Assembly (NCBI GenBank): GCA_963740355.1
Contig: CAVUDW010000002.1
Location: 64,001-128,000, forward strand
DNA: 64,000 bases
Direction: 5' to 3'
From: an uncultured Gemmatimonadaceae bacterium
GTDB taxonomy: Bacteria > Gemmatimonadota > Gemmatimonadetes > Gemmatimonadales > Gemmatimonadaceae
Shown: positions 59,549-64,000 of the stretch, piece by piece
Numbering within the stretch: the stretch's first letter is position 1
Layout: each line of letters begins with the position of its first letter
The notes under the pieces: generated by a model
What the model was told of the DNA's origin: nothing
What the model saw: the letters and a program-made list of their open reading frames with translations, nothing else
Database searches by the model: none
Translations under genes and position numbers: made by a program

Positions 59549-59920
59549 ATGTCCCAAGTGACCGACGTGCTGGCACGCATGTACGAACGCTTCAACGCGC
59601 GGGACATCGGCGGCGTGCTTGCGGCGCTCGCGGATGACGTCGCGTGGGCCAATGGCATGGACGGTGGTCACGAACACGGCCTCGATGCGGTGCGGGACTA
59701 CTGGACCCGCCAGTGGGCGGTGGTCAGCCCGCGCGTCGAGCCGGTTCGCTTCGACGAGAGTGCGGACGGGTCGGTGCTGGTGACCGTGCAGCAGACCATT
59801 CGCGATCTGGACGGCAATCCGCTGCAGGACCAGGCGCATGGGCTGCATGACAAGCTGGTCGGACACCGGTTCCGGTTTCGCGACGGCAAGGTCATCCGCT
59901 TCGACATCGAGGACGCCTGA
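59549..59920 (+). CDS. SnoaL/NTF2-like protein
   Basis: YERFNARD...DDVAWANG...G..AVRDYW...GKVIRFDI. Confidence 0.85.
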   Translation: MSQVTDVLARMYERFNARDIGGVLAALADDVAWANGMDGGHEHGLDAVRDYWTRQWAVVSPRVEPVRFDESADGSVLVTVQQTIRDLDGNPLQDQAHGLHDKLVGHRFRFRDGKVIRFDIEDA

Positions 59921-60000
59921 GCGGCAAAGCACGGGGCCGAGTGCGAAATTGATCAGCCGTCGCCTTGTGGAACCTGCCCCACCTCTCGACCTGTCCAGCC

Positions 60001-60633
60001 ATGGCCACGACGCTGCTCGCACAGATCTCGGATGGACGTACGGATCTCGTCTACGATTTCATCGCCGAGGGGCATGCGGCGACATCGACGGACGACAATG
60101 GCGTGTCGCTGATCCAGCTCTGTGCCTACCACGGTGATGTGAGCGCGATCAAGCACCTGCTCGCGAACGGCGAAGTGCTGGCATCGCTCGGCGACAACCT
60201 CGATCTGAATGGTGCCGTCTTTCACGGGCATGTGAACCTCTCGGCGTTCCTGATCGAGAAGGGCGCCGACGTCAACAAGCCACTCATGCCGACGGCGGAA
60301 ACACCGCTGCACTCGGCGATCTGCACGACCGAGCGGCGCAGTCGCGACCAGATCATCCGGTTACTGCTCGCCGCTGGTGCGAACCCGAATTGCGCCACGC
60401 TGCCGTCAGTCGAAACGGAGTCGTTCATGCGCGACTGCCGCACCAAGGGGGAGACACCGTTGCATCGCGCCGCGGCGTTCGGGAACGAGGAGACGATACA
60501 GCTATTGCTGGACGCCGGCGCGGCGAAAGATGCGAAGGACGAACACGGAGACTCGCCGCTGAGCTGGGCGAGTTGGTATGCGCGGCCGAGGCCGATCATT
60601 CGACAACTGTGTTACGGACGATTTCGCGTCTGA
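60001..60633 (+). CDS. Ankyrin-repeat protein
   Basis: GADVN, ETPLHSA, GANPN, GETPLHRAA, GDSPL. Confidence 0.9.
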   Translation: MATTLLAQISDGRTDLVYDFIAEGHAATSTDDNGVSLIQLCAYHGDVSAIKHLLANGEVLASLGDNLDLNGAVFHGHVNLSAFLIEKGADVNKPLMPTAETPLHSAICTTERRSRDQIIRLLLAAGANPNCATLPSVETESFMRDCRTKGETPLHRAAAFGNEETIQLLLDAGAAKDAKDEHGDSPLSWASWYARPRPIIRQLCYGRFRV

Positions 60634-60693
60634 GGGTGCTGCGGTGTCGCACGGCGAGCCACTGCGTTACCGCAACGTCGTAACCCACGGCAC

Positions 60694-62394
60694 CTAGAGC
60701 GAAAAATTTACCGTCACGCTGGCCGGGAACGCTGTGACAACGTCTGGTGTCAGCCCACGACCAGAAATGCTCAATTCTCGCAGTCTCGGTAGCCGCGCGA
60801 GTGCAGACAGGCCCGAATTCGTCAGCCCGGCGCAGGAATCGAACGTGACGCGCTCCAGCGAATCCATTCCAGCCAGCAGCCCTGGAGTGGCGTCGGTGAT
60901 TTGCGTGTAGCTGGCGAAATAGGACGTCAGTCGCGGAAGTTGCGTGATGTGCGAGGTGGCGACATCCGTCGTGTCGCGGCAGTACATCAGTACCAGCGAA
61001 TCGAGGTGACTGCACTGCCCGATGTGTCGGTAGCCGGCATCGGGAATATCCATCGGCATCAATTCACGCAGTGCCGGAAACGCGGGCAGTGCCGCGAGCG
61101 CCGTATCGCTCACGTTGCGGCAGCTGACCGACAGCTTGCCGAGAGTGGGGATGCGCGACAAGGCTGCAAAACCGCGATCGCAGAGTCCATAGCAGCGTCG
61201 GCCCCATATCGTCTCGATAGAACGTGACGCACCGAGTGCGGCCCAGGCGTCGTCGCTGGCAGTGGTGTCCTGACAGCCGAGGAAGCGCAGGTGCGGCAGG
61301 CGGGCGATGACTGGCATCGCGTCGTCCTTGGCGTCGAACGTGAGCCAGCCGAGGCGTTCGAGTCCGGTCAGCGACTCCAGACCGCGTCCGGTCAGGTTCA
61401 GCGCCGCATCATCGAGATCGAGTGCGTAGAGACCGTGCAGGCCGGCGAGGTGTGCAAGGCCGTCATCGGTGATTCCGCCTCGCAGCAACAGGCTATTCGG
61501 TTCGGCCTCGTAGCTGGTGAGAGCCGACTCTTCGCTGCCGCCGCGCCAGGCGCTGAAGTGCGGGTAGTCGTGGAAGATGGCGAGGCCAGCATCTGTGATG
61601 CCGTTGCCGCTTCGGAAGTGTCGCAATGCAGGCTTGTCGGCGAAGGTTCTGACGGAGCCATCGCCGCAGTGCGTACCCATCAAGTCGATCCGTTCAAGCT
61701 GAGGCAGCGACTGCAGCGCCGACACGCCGGCGTCCGAGACATGTGTCCATGCCAGCGACAGCGTCTTGAGCGATGTCATGTCACGGAGCGCCATCAAGCC
61801 AGCGTCGGAAATGCCCGTGCCCTGCAAGTCGAGATGCTGCAGGTTCGGCAGCTCGGTGAGCCACCGCAGGCCGTCGTCGGTGAACTGCTGTGAACCATCG
61901 AGGCGCAGCGTGGTCAGGTGTAAAAGTCTCGAGATTTCCCTGGCACGAGCATCGGTCATCTGGCCGTTCGCGTGCAATCCGCTGCTGGCGGGATCGGCAA
62001 GTTGCCGCATCAAGTCACGCCAGTCGCGGGAGCGCGCTTTCGGAGCATCGGCGCTCATACTGGCCGCGGCGAGTACACCCATCGGCTTGGCCGTGAGTTC
62101 TTCGGGCCGAGTTGCTGTGGCGACATCACGCGCCAGGGCATTCCAGTCAGCAAAACCGTTTTCGCGGGCAACGAGCCAGCGTGCATCCTCGAGCGTGATC
62201 TCGACATCGGGGCCGGCAACGCGGCCGAGGTCGATCTGGACGTAGGTGCGCATCGCACTCCAGGCGCGGCGATGCCAGGTCAGGTTCCAGTGCCGCTCCA
62301 TCGCGGCGGGGGTGCCGAGGGTGTAGGCGTCGAGGAGCGCGCGCGCCATCTCCTCATAGTGGGCGAGTGTGTCATCGGCGTCGTCGTGCGTCAT
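60694..62394 (-). CDS. Leucine-rich-repeat protein
   Basis: Repeated LxxLxLxx(T/C)xITDxGL units; GGAGG RBS. Confidence 0.85.
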   Translation of the reverse strand: MTHDDADDTLAHYEEMARALLDAYTLGTPAAMERHWNLTWHRRAWSAMRTYVQIDLGRVAGPDVEITLEDARWLVARENGFADWNALARDVATATRPEELTAKPMGVLAAASMSADAPKARSRDWRDLMRQLADPASSGLHANGQMTDARAREISRLLHLTTLRLDGSQQFTDDGLRWLTELPNLQHLDLQGTGISDAGLMALRDMTSLKTLSLAWTHVSDAGVSALQSLPQLERIDLMGTHCGDGSVRTFADKPALRHFRSGNGITDAGLAIFHDYPHFSAWRGGSEESALTSYEAEPNSLLLRGGITDDGLAHLAGLHGLYALDLDDAALNLTGRGLESLTGLERLGWLTFDAKDDAMPVIARLPHLRFLGCQDTTASDDAWAALGASRSIETIWGRRCYGLCDRGFAALSRIPTLGKLSVSCRNVSDTALAALPAFPALRELMPMDIPDAGYRHIGQCSHLDSLVLMYCRDTTDVATSHITQLPRLTSYFASYTQITDATPGLLAGMDSLERVTFDSCAGLTNSGLSALARLPRLRELSISGRGLTPDVVTAFPASVTVNFSL

Positions 62395-62500
62395 GACCTC
62401 CTCCGATACGCGGGCGTACGCTAAATTTCGGGAAGATCGATCGCAGGCGTGCAGCGTGCCGACTGCATCGTCGCCAGTTTCCCCGCGTCATGCAACGATC

Positions 62501-63064
62501 ATGATGCCAGACCGCGTCTCGCACTACCAACTCTTCGATACCACACTCGGCACCTGCGGCGTGGCGTGGACGGCGCTTGGGCTGAGTCGAGTGCAGCTGC
62601 CGGAACGGGATGTCGCGGCGACGGACGCGCGGATGCGGTCTCGCGGAGGGGTGGCAGCGGATGGTGATGTGCCATCGTACGCTGCCGAATGCATGGCGTC
62701 GATGCGCGCCTACATGGAAGGTGATGCGATCGACTTCCATCAGTTGCCGCTGGATCTCACCGGCATCGTGGAGCAGGAGCAGCTGATTTACGCTACGCTG
62801 CGCCGGGTGCGGTGGGGGGAGACGACGACGTACGGCCAACTCGCACACGCCATCGGCGAACCGAATGCGGCGCGCGTGGTGGGGCGGGCGATGGGGCGCA
62901 ATCCGTGGCCGGTGGTGGTGCCCTGTCACCGGGTGCTGACGGCACAACAAACGACCGGAGGCTTTTCGGCCTACGGTGGCATCGAGACGAAGCTGCACCT
63001 GCTGCGACTCGAAGGGACGCGGATCGAGGACGCGCGGCTGGAGCAGACGGACCTTTTCGCGTAG
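62501..63064 (+). CDS. ogt: Methylated-DNA--protein-cysteine methyltransferase
   Basis: TTYGQLA, ARVVG, NPWPVVVPCHRV. Confidence 0.92.
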   Translation: MMPDRVSHYQLFDTTLGTCGVAWTALGLSRVQLPERDVAATDARMRSRGGVAADGDVPSYAAECMASMRAYMEGDAIDFHQLPLDLTGIVEQEQLIYATLRRVRWGETTTYGQLAHAIGEPNAARVVGRAMGRNPWPVVVPCHRVLTAQQTTGGFSAYGGIETKLHLLRLEGTRIEDARLEQTDLFA

Positions 63065-63091
63065 GTCGCATCAGACCTGGGAGAGCGAGCC

Positions 63092-63556
63092 ATGGACGTC
63101 GAAGTCGACACCCTTCCCGATTTGCGCCTGGCGACGGTGACACACATCGGGCCGTACAACCTGATCGGCGCGGCCTTTGGAAAGCTTGGCGGTATTGCCG
63201 GTGGTGCGGGCCTGTTTGCGTTTCCAGACACCATGATGCTCGCCGTGTATCCGCAGGATCTGGAGGCGACGCCTGAGGCGGAACTCCGTTCGCATGCGGG
63301 GATCACGATCCCGGAAGGCGTGGCCGTGCCGGATGGCTTGCAGGAACTGCGCGTCGCCGGTGGACGGTATGCGCGTGCCACACATATCGGCACGTTCGAC
63401 AAGCTGGGGGCGGCGTGGTCGCGCTTCATCAGCGAGGCGGTGCCGGCGAGCGGGTATCGGCGGAAGGATGGGCCGGCGCTGGAGATCTATCGGAGTGACA
63501 TGCGGACCGCGCCACCGGAGGAATTGCGGACGGATCTGTTGGTGGCGGTGGAGTGA
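63092..63556 (+). CDS. GyrI-like small-molecule-binding protein
   Basis: HIGPY, GGRYARATHIG, LEIY...ELRTDL. Confidence 0.88.
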   Translation: MDVEVDTLPDLRLATVTHIGPYNLIGAAFGKLGGIAGGAGLFAFPDTMMLAVYPQDLEATPEAELRSHAGITIPEGVAVPDGLQELRVAGGRYARATHIGTFDKLGAAWSRFISEAVPASGYRRKDGPALEIYRSDMRTAPPEELRTDLLVAVE

Positions 63557-63628
63557 TGGCTTGGGAGGCGAGCGTGTTGAATCGAATTCGTGCGCGGCGC
63601 GGTAACGCGGAGGTAGCCGCCATGAACA

Positions 63629-63886
63629 GGGAAATCCGGGCGTAAGTCGTGCGGTGGGATTGGCTTGGGCTCCGATCAACGGGTCGGAGATCTTGATCGG
63701 GAAAATCAGGGGGTAAGTCACTCGGTCGGTTGGACTTAGGGTCCGATCAAGGGGTCAGAGATCTTGATGTGGTTTCGTGCGCCCTTTCAACACCAAGGGG
63801 GCAGAGATCTTGAACGGGGAAATCAGGGGGTAAGTCGCTCGGTCGCTGCGACTTAGCCTGCGATCAAGGGGTCAGAGATCTTGATC
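63629..63886. repeat. Tandem array of ~71-bp double-hairpin repeats (3 units plus 1 partial)
   Basis: Units at 63629-63698, 63699-63769 and 63816-63886; partial unit at 63794-63815. Confidence 0.85.
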
Positions 63887-63914
63887 GATCACGCCCGCTC
63901 CGCTGCAGCCGTCA

Positions 63915-64000
63915 TTAGCGCTCCATCGGCAGGAAGTAGCTGCCGTGTTTCGCGGACACTTCGATGACGCGGGCGATGTCGTCCGGGGCGGGCGGCGAGA
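63915..64000 (-). CDS. 3' end of an unknown gene, possibly a cupin-type C-terminus
   Basis: Open frame ...SPPAPDDIARVIEVSAKHGSYFLPMER* with GC-rich third codon positions. Confidence 0.45.
   Translation of the reverse strand, partial: SPPAPDDIARVIEVSAKHGSYFLPMER

Noticed and set aside
62447..62461. Sigma54-like CGGCACGCTGCACGC upstream of the LRR gene
   Set aside because: The -12 element is weak, no enhancer sites were seen, and chance matches are likely at this GC content
57006..63628. Integron cassette array or prophage
   Set aside because: Genes are in mixed orientation, with no attC-type ends, integrase or phage genes
63629..63886. CRISPR array
   Set aside because: Units are ~71-bp near-tandem copies without unique spacers, and no cas genes or leader are seen

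Overview
GC-rich bacterial chromosomal window. The gene content (ispG, futalosine-pathway mqnD, three-gene pntAaAbB, many secreted hydrolases and carboxypeptidase-regulatory-domain proteins) is most consistent with Gemmatimonadota; this is an inference, no search was run. Core content: partial ispG, a divergent arginine cluster (argR-argG-argH / argC-argB-argD) with tandem ARG boxes, a PafA-like phosphatase, M28 and S41 peptidases, MoeB-rhodanese, transhydrogenase, desaturase, YggX, GH3, NrtR-like regulator, a cold-shock protein, YhaM-like nuclease, SPFH, a TolB-like propeller, a sigma54 two-component system, an RND efflux trio, an HD-GYP regulator, mqnD and glnA. An accessory-looking tail follows glnA (MarR, SnoaL, ankyrin, LRR, Ogt, GyrI-like and a structured ~71-bp tandem repeat). 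Most notable: (1) a divergent chaperone-usher pilus locus with DUF4402/Csu-like subunits, where one subunit lacks the N-terminal donor strand and a convergent orphan gene carries the donor-strand motif but not the pilin C-terminal motif; (2) a plasmid RepA-like initiator coupled to a MerR-like HTH among housekeeping genes; (3) a degenerate [FeFe]-hydrogenase-like protein behind a sigma54-type promoter; (4) a bipartite acidic/histone-H1-like protein; (5) the double-hairpin repeat array. No rRNA, tRNA, CRISPR array or transposase was recognised. All calls rest on motif recognition by eye.
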